DNA of 64,000 nucleotides, from NCBI GenBank assembly GCA_007125585.1, contig SLCY01000037.1, positions 422-64,421 on the forward strand, in the 5' to 3' direction. Source of the stretch: Bacteroidales bacterium (GTDB lineage: Bacteria; Bacteroidota; Bacteroidia; Bacteroidales; UBA7960). Below are positions 48,103-56,764 of this stretch, in pieces (position 1 is the first letter of the stretch; each line of letters opens with the position of its first letter). A program made the position numbers and the translations under genes. Below the pieces are notes generated by a model, which saw only the letters and a list, made by a program, of their open reading frames with translations, did no database searches and was not told the DNA's origin.

Positions 48103-51100
48103 ATGACCAAACAGTTCCATGTATACAAATCTTCAGCGGGCAGCGGCAAGACTTACACGCTGGTAAAGGAATACCTGAAGATCGTGTTGCTTGAGCCGGG
48201 CAAGGTGCGTCATATACTGGCCATCACCTTTACCAATGCTGCTGCTGCCGAGATGAAGGCACGCATCATAGAGGCTTTGGGACATATTGGCGGGCTTGCC
48301 GCGGACCCTGAAAGCAAAAAAGGGCGGGCATTGCTAAACCAGATCATGGACGACTTGAAAGCAGGACCGGACGGGGCCAGCCCTTCTGAAGGGATGCTCA
48401 TTGGCAATGCGCAGCGGGTGTTGAAACAGATCCTTCATCAATACACCGACTTCTCGGTAAGTACCATCGACAGCTTCGTGCACAGGGTGATCCGCACCTT
48501 TGCCTTTGACCTGCGCATCCCGTTCAACTTTGAAGTAGAGCTGGACGCCGATTCCCTGCTTAACCAGGCGGTGGACATGCTCATCAACAGGGCCGGCAGT
48601 GACAAAAAACTGACCGAGCTGCTGGTCGCCTACATGATGGGGCAGGCTGATGATGAACAGGATTCCCGAATAGAACAAAAGATTGCCAGGATGGCCATGA
48701 CGCTGACGGAAGAAGACAGCATCATCCATATTGAACGGCTCAGGGAGGTTCCCATGGAGACGTTTCAGCAGATCGCGGGCCGTCTCAGAAAATCTGTCCG
48801 CGGTTTTGAGCAAAGCATCCAAAAAGAAGCCAAAGCGGCCTTTGCTTTGATTGATGCCCAAGGCATCCCGGCGACAGCTTTTTACCGTGGCAGCCAGGGC
48901 ATCGTCTCCTATTTTAAGCACCTGGCCGCAGGGAACGTCCGCGAAAAGATCCAGCCCGGCAAGTATGCCACCGACACCATCGAGGAGGACCGGTGGTTTT
49001 CGGGAAAATGCACGCCAGACCAGCAGGCCGGCATTCAGCAGATCATACCCCGGCTTAAGCACCACTATGAGACAATACAAAACATTTCACGCGGCAGGCT
49101 GCAAAGTTATTTTTGCGAACAGGCATTGCTAAAGACCATTTTTCCCCTGGCCTTGCTCAATGAGGTAGAAAAGATGACGGAGGAGATCAAAACAGAGAAC
49201 GTGTTGCTGCACATTTCCGATTTCAACAAACGCATCGCCGCCATTGTCTCCAGGCAGCCTGTACCATTCATTTACGAAAGGCTTGGGGAGCGTTACCGGC
49301 ATTACATGATAGATGAGTTCCAGGACACCTCCCTGCTGCAGTGGCAAAACCTGCTCCCGTTGGTCGAAAACTCCCTTTCAGAAGCACAGATGAGCCTTGT
49401 GGTGGGAGACGGCAAACAGGCCATTTACCGGTTTCGCAATGGCGATGTGGAACAATTTGCGAGTCTGCCGGAGCTGACGGAAGACATCCGGTCGATGGCC
49501 AGTCATGAGTGGGAAGTCACGCTCCATAACAACTACCACGAAAAAAACCTGGACACCAACTGGCGTTCTGCAAAGGCCGTGGTTGATTTTAACAACCGCT
49601 TCTTCCTGTTTGCCAGGGACTCTTTGACAGAAAAGTTGCAAACCATCTATGGCGACGTGTCACAAAAAGTGTTGCCCGGCAAGCCGGAAGGATACGTTAG
49701 CATTGCCTTTCTGGACGGACAGGATCAACAGTCGCTTGCCGGGCAAAACCTGCAGCAGGTGGTTGAGATCATTGGCCGGTGCAGGGCTGCCGGGCACCCG
49801 CTCAGCGATATTACCGTGCTTTGCCGTGCCAACAGTGAAGCCAGCAAGGTGGCCAGGGAGCTGCTTGCCCATCAGATACCGGTGATATCGCCGGAGTCGC
49901 TTCTCCTAAACCAATCCGACGAGGTGAACATGTTTGTCGCCATCCTGAAGCTGCTGGCAAACCCCCATGATTCGATCGCCGCAGTGGAGTTGTTGACATT
50001 TCTGCACAAGCAAAAGAAGATCACCAACCCTGCCACACTACATGAGACCTTACGGGCTACCGGGCTATATAAAACCCCAAGAAACGGAGGGTCCCTGCAT
50101 GCATCCATGGAAAGGATCATGCAACAAAACGCCATCGACTTTTCCTTTCGCGACTTTGCCCATCTGAACATATACGACACCTGCGAGACCATCCTCCGGA
50201 TCTTCTTTGCAGACGAGAGCCCCCCAAACCCTTTTGTTGCCTTTTTTATGGATGCAGTGTACGACTTTTCTGAAAAGCACATGCTGTCTTATGCCGATTT
50301 TTTAAGCTGGTGGGAAGAGAATGGTGACAAATACTCCATCGTGGTGCCCGAAGGGGTTGAGGCGGTACAGGTGATGACTGTCCATAAGTCAAAAGGCTTG
50401 CAGTTTCCCGTGGTGATCCATCCCTTCGCCATGCAGAGAGCCAACAAGCTGACAAAGTCCGGACTGTGGACCGATGGTGAGAAGACAGGGATCCCGGACC
50501 TGCCTGTCCAATGGCTCGAGATGAGCCAGTCAAGTCTCTCCGGCACACCTTTTGAACAGGATCTGGCATGGGAACAGCAAAAAACCTTCCTGGATATGCT
50601 CAATGCCACCTATGTAGCACTGACCAGGCCTTCGCAAAAGCTGTTCATCCTTTCCAAAAAAGAGTCAAAAAAATACAACCCACATACCGTCAATGGCCTT
50701 CTGTATCTCTTCCTCCAAAATGAGGGTTTGTGGCAGGACAACAAAGACTGTTACACCTTCGGGGCTTTTGGCCCGCCAGATAAGAAAAAAGAGCCCGGTG
50801 AAACACCCGGGCAGCCAATGCAGCGACTGCTGTCCAATCGCTGGAGCCGAACACTGCGGATGAGGTCGCACCAAAAGGAACGCAGCCTTCTGCTTGACAG
50901 CCATGATCCGATGGAGCGGGGAAGCCTGTTGCACCGGGCCATGGAAAACATCACCCATCTCAACGACATAGAACCCGTTCTCGGTCAAATGAGGAACAAT
51001 GGCGAAATCGACAATGAGAAAATGGTGGAGTGGACAGGCAAGGTCCGGCAAATATTAAAAGACCCTGCAGTGGCACCATACTTCCTGCCTGGTAACAAGA

Positions 51101-51327
51101 TAAAAACCGAGGCCGGGCTTTTCGATCATGATGGCGCTTTTTACAGGCCCGACAGGGTGGTCCTCCTTGATAACGAATGCGTCATCATCGACTATAAAAC
51201 AGGGAAAGAGTATCATAAACACGCAGCACAGATGAACACTTATGCTCGCATCCTGAAAAGCATGGGCTACCCTGCCGTCAAAAAAGTCTTACTCTATCTG
51301 GATCAAGGCACGGTGAAAACAGTCTGA
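48103..51327 (+). CDS. UvrD-family helicase with C-terminal PD-(D/E)XK nuclease (AddA-like)
   Basis: Walker A SAGSGKTY with ITFTNAAAAEM, helicase motif II IDEFQDTS, C-terminal nuclease DRVVLL...IIDYKTG. Confidence 0.8.
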   Translation: MTKQFHVYKSSAGSGKTYTLVKEYLKIVLLEPGKVRHILAITFTNAAAAEMKARIIEALGHIGGLAADPESKKGRALLNQIMDDLKAGPDGASPSEGMLIGNAQRVLKQILHQYTDFSVSTIDSFVHRVIRTFAFDLRIPFNFEVELDADSLLNQAVDMLINRAGSDKKLTELLVAYMMGQADDEQDSRIEQKIARMAMTLTEEDSIIHIERLREVPMETFQQIAGRLRKSVRGFEQSIQKEAKAAFALIDAQGIPATAFYRGSQGIVSYFKHLAAGNVREKIQPGKYATDTIEEDRWFSGKCTPDQQAGIQQIIPRLKHHYETIQNISRGRLQSYFCEQALLKTIFPLALLNEVEKMTEEIKTENVLLHISDFNKRIAAIVSRQPVPFIYERLGERYRHYMIDEFQDTSLLQWQNLLPLVENSLSEAQMSLVVGDGKQAIYRFRNGDVEQFASLPELTEDIRSMASHEWEVTLHNNYHEKNLDTNWRSAKAVVDFNNRFFLFARDSLTEKLQTIYGDVSQKVLPGKPEGYVSIAFLDGQDQQSLAGQNLQQVVEIIGRCRAAGHPLSDITVLCRANSEASKVARELLAHQIPVISPESLLLNQSDEVNMFVAILKLLANPHDSIAAVELLTFLHKQKKITNPATLHETLRATGLYKTPRNGGSLHASMERIMQQNAIDFSFRDFAHLNIYDTCETILRIFFADESPPNPFVAFFMDAVYDFSEKHMLSYADFLSWWEENGDKYSIVVPEGVEAVQVMTVHKSKGLQFPVVIHPFAMQRANKLTKSGLWTDGEKTGIPDLPVQWLEMSQSSLSGTPFEQDLAWEQQKTFLDMLNATYVALTRPSQKLFILSKKESKKYNPHTVNGLLYLFLQNEGLWQDNKDCYTFGAFGPPDKKKEPGETPGQPMQRLLSNRWSRTLRMRSHQKERSLLLDSHDPMERGSLLHRAMENITHLNDIEPVLGQMRNNGEIDNEKMVEWTGKVRQILKDPAVAPYFLPGNKIKTEAGLFDHDGAFYRPDRVVLLDNECVIIDYKTGKEYHKHAAQMNTYARILKSMGYPAVKKVLLYLDQGTVKTV

Positions 51328-51353
51328 CATCATACTGCAGGCGAAAAAAAAGC

Positions 51354-51380
51354 ACATGAAAAAAATTCATGTATATTTGT
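51354..51380 (+). terminator. Terminator candidate
   Basis: 7-bp AT-rich stem ACATGAA/TTCATGT with an A5 loop, followed by ATATTTGTTGTTTT. Confidence 0.4.
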
Positions 51381-51510
51381 TGTTTTCGGCCATCGGATCG
51401 CCATGGCCGGAAAAGGCCAGGCAGGCATAGGTTACACAGGCCGGCCTGCGCTGATCTGGGCAATATTTCGTAAGAACAGCAGGTGTAAAGGTTTTTAGAT
51501 CAGGATACCG

Positions 51511-53064
51511 TTGAAAATACTTGTCAGGTTAAAACGTTTCTTTTTTCCCGCAAACAGGAGGTATTCGACCATTCTGTTGTATGGTTTTCTTTTGGGTGCA
51601 ATCTTTATTGTTCTTTCGGGACAGGTGATGGAATATACCTCCACCGACGAATTTTGTATGAGCTGTCATGTGCATCCGCATGCGGAGGACAACTGGCGGT
51701 TGTCAACACATTATGACAACAAGTCGGGCATCGTTGTCCACTGTGTGCAGTGCCATCTTCCACCGCCCGGCAACTTTCGTCACCTCACCGCCAAGGCGGT
51801 GACCGGGATCCGTGATGTGTACGCTTTTCTCTTCAAGGATACAGACCAGATCAACTGGGAGGCAAAGCGTCAGTTGGAAGCTGCCCTGAAGCACACCTAT
51901 GAGGAAAGCTGCATTGACTGTCATCAGCTTCTGTTTCCCCTGCAGCTATCGGAAGAAGGCATGCATGCACACCTGTACTATGAAGAAAACCAGGAGGCGC
52001 TGAACTGTTTGAACTGCCATCTTTATGTAGGCCATTATTCTGAGGTCGCCCATGAGCCCATTGACTTTGGCTTCGAACGGATTGTCGATGATCCTGAGGA
52101 AGCCTATGAAGAGGCAACAGAGGTGACAGATTTCGTACGTTTTACTGAAACCATCCCGGGAACCACTGTCGCCTTTGACATGGTGCCCATCCCGGGCGGC
52201 CGTTTTACCATTGGCAGTCCCGACGATGAGCCCGGCAGGCATGATGACGAAGGTCCGCGCCGCGAAGTGGAGGTAAGCCCCTTCTTCATGGCAGAGATAC
52301 AGGTAACCTGGGATATGTACATGGCTTTTTTCAGGGAGACAATGTCAGAGGGGCGCACCGACCACGAGTTCCATAGGCTTGAAAGGTTAGTCAATGGGGT
52401 GGATGCCATATCGGGGCCGACACCCCCGTGGGGCAGCCCGGACCAGGGTTGGGGCTGGGGCGACAGGCCTGCCATCACCATGACACCCCACGGGGCAGAG
52501 ACCTTCTGTGAGTGGCTCAGCTTAAAAACCGGCAAGAAGTACCGCCTGCCTACAGAGGCAGAGTGGGAATATGCTGCCAGGGGCGGGACAAACACCCCCT
52601 ATTTCTTCGAAGGCAACCCACGGCAGTTTACCAGGGAAACGCTATGGAACAGGTTGTTTGGTGCTGATACCACAAACATCAACACATACGTTATTTATGA
52701 GGGCAACAGCATGTCGAGGACACACCTTCCCGATGCTGTAAAAGCCAACCCCTTTGGCCTGCGGAACATGCTTGGCAACGTGTGGGAGTTCTGCAGCGAT
52801 TACTATGCAGAAGACACCTATGCCGGCTATCCTGAAGAAGAGGTTGTCGTCGACCCCCGGGGTCCGGCCACAGGAACAGAGCGGGTAATCAGGGGAGGGT
52901 CCTTCAGAAGCGACGCCTACAAGGTACGGTCGGCGTCAAGAAGCCATACCCGTCATGACGCATGGCTGCTGACAGACCCCCAGATCCCGAAAAGCATCTG
53001 GTGGTACTCCGATGTGAACGATGTGGGCTTCCGGGTGGTGATGGAGTGGCCGCCGGATGATTGA
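51511..53064 (+). CDS. Fusion protein: N-terminal TM anchor, tetraheme NapC/NirT-type cytochrome c, C-terminal FGE/SUMF1-fold domain
   Basis: TM segment TILLYGFLLGAIFIVLSGQV. Four CxxCH motifs (CMSCH, CVQCH, CIDCH, CLNCH). FGE-fold blocks RLPTEAEWEYAARGG, GNVWEFCSDYY and RVIRGGSF. No Cys follows RGGSF. The TTG start is uncertain. Confidence 0.8.
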   Translation: MKILVRLKRFFFPANRRYSTILLYGFLLGAIFIVLSGQVMEYTSTDEFCMSCHVHPHAEDNWRLSTHYDNKSGIVVHCVQCHLPPPGNFRHLTAKAVTGIRDVYAFLFKDTDQINWEAKRQLEAALKHTYEESCIDCHQLLFPLQLSEEGMHAHLYYEENQEALNCLNCHLYVGHYSEVAHEPIDFGFERIVDDPEEAYEEATEVTDFVRFTETIPGTTVAFDMVPIPGGRFTIGSPDDEPGRHDDEGPRREVEVSPFFMAEIQVTWDMYMAFFRETMSEGRTDHEFHRLERLVNGVDAISGPTPPWGSPDQGWGWGDRPAITMTPHGAETFCEWLSLKTGKKYRLPTEAEWEYAARGGTNTPYFFEGNPRQFTRETLWNRLFGADTTNINTYVIYEGNSMSRTHLPDAVKANPFGLRNMLGNVWEFCSDYYAEDTYAGYPEEEVVVDPRGPATGTERVIRGGSFRSDAYKVRSASRSHTRHDAWLLTDPQIPKSIWWYSDVNDVGFRVVMEWPPDD

Positions 53065-53223
53065 GGGGATCGGCACACCACCGGGCAAATGGGATATGTG
53101 ATCGCATGAGGGGCGGCATCACAGCCGGGGCGGAAGGAGGATGACCGCAAACGGAAACAGCATTTGACAGCAACTTTAACAGCCAGATCAAACAAATACA
53201 TAACTCTAAACACATTACACAAG

Positions 53224-54567
53224 ATGGAAAAAGACCAGACATTAAGCAACCGCCGTGACTTTATCAAGGGTGCGGCTGCCACGGCTGCCCTTGGCGCGCT
53301 GGGCACCGGTTTTTTGCTGAAATCCTGCGGTGATGGCAAGGCAAGGGTGGTTGCACCCACCTTCCTTGACAAGGCACCTGACGGCAGGTTGCTGAAAGCC
53401 GGACTGATAGGATGCGGCAGCAGGGGCACCGGCGCTGCCTTCAACTACCTGGATGCAGGGTCCGGCCTGGAGATCACTGCGCTTGCCGACGTGTTTTGGG
53501 ACAAGCTTGACAGCTGTCGCAGGCAGTTAAAAAACAACAGGGGTGTGGAGGTTGCCGACGAAAAATGTTTCGTAGGGTTCGACGCATACCAGCAGGTTAT
53601 AGAGAGTGATGTGGACGTGGTGCTGCTTGCCGCCCCGCCTTTTTTCCGCCCCACCCACTTTGACGCAGCCGTCAGGGCACGAAAGCACGTTTTTATGGAA
53701 AAGCCTGTAGCCGTCGACCCTGTCGGCTCCCGGGCAATCATGGCATCCGCCAGGATGGCCGACACCGCCAACCTAAAAGTGGTGGCCGGGACACAACGCC
53801 GTCACCAGAGGGACTACCTTACAACCTACGAACATATAAAAAGCGGGGCCATAGGTGATATTGTGGCCGCCAACTGCTACTGGAACCAGTCGCAGCTATG
53901 GCATGTCAAAAGACAGCCGGGCTGGGATGACATGGAGGCCATGCTGCGCGACTGGGTTAACTGGACCTGGCTGGCAGGAGACCACATCATCGAACAGCAC
54001 ATCCACAACTTTGACGTGGTAAGCTGGTTCAAAGGAAGCCACCCCGTCAAAGCGGTAAGCTTCGGCGCAAGACACCGCAGGCCCACCGGCGACCAGTACG
54101 ACTTCTTCAGCACCGACTTCGTCTATGAAGACGGCATGCACCTGCACAGCATGTGCCGCCAGATCGACGGATGTGCCAATAAGGTGGAAGAGCTGATCAC
54201 TGGAACCGAAGGGCGGTCAAACTGCATGAACCGGGTCGAAGACCTGGAAGGGAACACCATCTGGCAATATCAGTATCCCGGGGAAGACCCGGATGATATC
54301 GGACTGGCCTCAGGGGCGCTGGCCGTGAACCCCTATGAACAGGAGATCATCCACCTGGTGGCAGCCATAAGGGACGACACCCCGTTGAACGAAGCCGAAG
54401 AATGTGCCATGTCTACCCTCGCAGGCATCATGGCACGCATCTCGGCCTATACCGGAAGGGAGGTGACGATGGAAGAAATGATGAACTCCAGCTTGCGCCT
54501 CGGCCCGGAAAAGATTGCCTTCGGCGATGTCGACATCAAAGCTGTGGTGCCGGTGCCCGGAAACTAA
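53224..54567 (+). CDS. Gfo/Idh/MocA-family oxidoreductase with twin-arginine signal
   Basis: Tat motif SNRRDFIKGAAATAALGA followed by LLKSC (possible lipobox), Rossmann GLIGCGSRGTGA, EKP motif FMEKPVA. Confidence 0.8.
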   Translation: MEKDQTLSNRRDFIKGAAATAALGALGTGFLLKSCGDGKARVVAPTFLDKAPDGRLLKAGLIGCGSRGTGAAFNYLDAGSGLEITALADVFWDKLDSCRRQLKNNRGVEVADEKCFVGFDAYQQVIESDVDVVLLAAPPFFRPTHFDAAVRARKHVFMEKPVAVDPVGSRAIMASARMADTANLKVVAGTQRRHQRDYLTTYEHIKSGAIGDIVAANCYWNQSQLWHVKRQPGWDDMEAMLRDWVNWTWLAGDHIIEQHIHNFDVVSWFKGSHPVKAVSFGARHRRPTGDQYDFFSTDFVYEDGMHLHSMCRQIDGCANKVEELITGTEGRSNCMNRVEDLEGNTIWQYQYPGEDPDDIGLASGALAVNPYEQEIIHLVAAIRDDTPLNEAEECAMSTLAGIMARISAYTGREVTMEEMMNSSLRLGPEKIAFGDVDIKAVVPVPGN

Positions 54568-54695
54568 GGGAACGCACTCTGGGTCCTGCGCCGGTCTTAC
54601 ATGTACAGGACACCTTGTAATCAACATGGCACCAGGCTCTGTACAACCCGGATGTCCGTGGTCAATCATCCGTCATTGTATCGTATCGTTTTTAT

Positions 54696-54703
54696 TACCT
54701 TTG
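54696..54703 (+). promoter_or_regulatory. Candidate -7 box TACCTTTG
   Basis: TAnnTTTG match about 23 nt upstream of the ATG at 54726. Confidence 0.55.
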
Positions 54704-54725
54704 CAATACATCTGGCATCTTGGCA

Positions 54726-55844
54726 ATGGACAGACAGTCATCTGATAAAAACCGGAAAACTCCTTCGACCCTGAAGGTGAACAAGGGCATACCCCAGCCT
54801 TCCTCGTTGAATGAGCAGGCTGCTGACGCTTACCGTTTGAAGCGGCTGCCTTTGCTGGAGCCTGAAGAGTATGTCAGGGGTATCCTTTCCGGCGACAGGG
54901 TATTGCTAAGCCGTGCCATCACACTTATCGAAAGTTCATTGAGCAGCCATTACGAACACGGTCAGCGTGTCATAGAGCAATGCATCCCCTATTCGGGGAA
55001 CGCGCTGCGGGTGGGCATCACAGGTGTACCCGGTGCGGGGAAGAGCACTTTCATCGAAGCACTGGGCAACTACCTGATCGGCCAGGGGCATCATATTGCC
55101 GTGCTTGCCGTGGACCCAAGCAGCGAGATCTCCAGGGGCAGCATCCTGGGCGACAAGACGCGCATGGAGACGCTTGCCGTCAATGAGCATGCCTTTGTAC
55201 GGCCATCCCCCTCCGCCGGGTCCCTGGGTGGCGTGGCACGGAAAACCAGGGAGATCATCATCCTGTGCGAAGCCGCAGGCTATGATGTGGTGCTGGTGGA
55301 AACGGTTGGCGTCGGACAGTCGGAAGTGGCAGTGCATTCGATGGTTGACTTCTTCCTGCTGCTCATGTTGGCAGGCGCCGGCGACGAGCTCCAGGGGATC
55401 AAAAGGGGGATCATCGAAATGTGCGACGGCATAGCCATCAACAAGGCCGATGGCGACAACCTCGACAAAGCCAGGGTCGCCCGGTCGCAATATGAAAATG
55501 CCCTGCACCTGTTCCCGCCACCACCATCCGGGTGGACACCCCAGGTGACCACCTGCTCTGCCATCAACAGAACCGGCATCGCAGAATTATGGACGATGAT
55601 CAAAAGGTACGAAGGGATGATGAAGGGAACGGGGCATTTCCAGAATAAACGAAACAAGCAGCAGCAACAGCGGCTGCATGAAACCATCAAAGAGACTCTG
55701 ACTTCGCGGTTCTACGATGACCCCGCCATAGCAAAAAAGATCAGGGAGGCGGAAAGCCTCCTCTCAGACCAGAAAATGACCTCATTTCAGGCTGCCAAGC
55801 TACTTCTCGATGCCTACTTTGGCAAAAAGGGCGAAGACACCTGA
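54726..55844 (+). CDS. meaB: Methylmalonyl-CoA mutase-associated GTPase MeaB/ArgK
   Basis: G3E P-loop GVPGAGKST, LAVDPSS...SILGDKTRM and ETVGVGQSE blocks. Confidence 0.85.
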   Translation: MDRQSSDKNRKTPSTLKVNKGIPQPSSLNEQAADAYRLKRLPLLEPEEYVRGILSGDRVLLSRAITLIESSLSSHYEHGQRVIEQCIPYSGNALRVGITGVPGAGKSTFIEALGNYLIGQGHHIAVLAVDPSSEISRGSILGDKTRMETLAVNEHAFVRPSPSAGSLGGVARKTREIIILCEAAGYDVVLVETVGVGQSEVAVHSMVDFFLLLMLAGAGDELQGIKRGIIEMCDGIAINKADGDNLDKARVARSQYENALHLFPPPPSGWTPQVTTCSAINRTGIAELWTMIKRYEGMMKGTGHFQNKRNKQQQQRLHETIKETLTSRFYDDPAIAKKIREAESLLSDQKMTSFQAAKLLLDAYFGKKGEDT

Positions 55845-55888
55845 GTCAACAATGCCCGTATCCCCTAAAACAGTTTGCACGGCAATGA

Positions 55889-56443
55889 TTAAGCATGTGG
55901 CGAAAGGTTGAACTTTTCCGGGTGCCGGGGGTGCTTGTCACGGTAGAAGTCCTCGATGACCTTAAAGTCAGCCTCAAAGTCACCGCTGGGGTGAAGTACC
56001 TTCCCAAAGCCTCCCTCCTTCTTTCGATAATCAAGAAAGCCAAGGATGATGGGCACCTTGGCGGTAAGGGCAATAAAATAAAAACCCTTCTTCCATCGCT
56101 CTACCCTGCGACGGGTACCCTCCGGTGTTATCAACAAGTAAAAATGATCATGCTTCCGGAATTCCTGGGTAATCTTTTTCACCGTATTCCGGCTTTGCGT
56201 GCGGTCAACAGGAATGCCGCCCAGCCAGCGAAGCAGAGGGCCGATCATGGGCGAAAACGCCTCCTTTTTGATCAGGATCTTCGGTTGGATGCCATAAACG
56301 TAAAAGCCAAGCCTGCCAATGACAAAGTCCAGGTTGCTGGTGTGCGGCGCCATGATGATCACTGCCTTACGATGATCTTCGGTCAGACGCGAATAAATGT
56401 TCCAGCCAAGCAACCTTAGTATTAACCGTGCAATAAAACTCAT
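55889..56443 (-). CDS. Lysophospholipid acyltransferase (PlsC-like)
   Basis: HxxxxD motif in APHTSNLDF and a TPEGTR block. Start moved to MSFIARL, downstream of the minus-strand -7 box. Confidence 0.7.
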   Translation of the reverse strand: MSFIARLILRLLGWNIYSRLTEDHRKAVIIMAPHTSNLDFVIGRLGFYVYGIQPKILIKKEAFSPMIGPLLRWLGGIPVDRTQSRNTVKKITQEFRKHDHFYLLITPEGTRRRVERWKKGFYFIALTAKVPIILGFLDYRKKEGGFGKVLHPSGDFEADFKVIEDFYRDKHPRHPEKFNLSPHA

Positions 56444-56506
56444 GGTGATGCTTTTGTTAACCGGCTTCCGGCCATTGGCTTTAGAGCGGTAGCCCCATGC
56501 AGCATA

Positions 56507-56514
56507 CAAAGATA
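56507..56514 (-). promoter_or_regulatory. Candidate -7 box TATCTTTG (minus strand)
   Basis: The reverse complement of CAAAGATA matches TAnnTTTG, 64 nt upstream of the ATG at 56443. Confidence 0.45.
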
Positions 56515-56578
56515 CTATTTATTTTAGGCCGTGCTTTTGGCAGGGTGCGTTTCACCTGGAAAAATATATTCTGTTTTG

Positions 56579-56586
56579 TATCTTTG
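56579..56586 (+). promoter_or_regulatory. Candidate -7 box TATCTTTG
   Basis: TAnnTTTG match about 180 nt upstream of tnaA. Implies a long leader. Confidence 0.4.
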
Positions 56587-56764
56587 TATCAACAAGCCCG
56601 CAATGACATGGAAGGCCCCTGTACCTCAAAACAGATCTACCGCAACCTGAAAAGACGGGACACCTACCCCTTTTAAACACCTTCGTGCCACGTCCCGGCA
56701 TGCCAATGCCGCGGATGCCTTTCCCAACAACTGTTTTTCAGGTATCATTTGCAATCTGTTTATC

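Noticed and set aside
52150-53055. The FGE-fold domain as a catalytically active formylglycine-generating enzyme for sulfatase maturation
   Set aside because: The segment after RGGSF lacks the two catalytic Cys residues of canonical FGE, and no sulfatase genes lie in the window.
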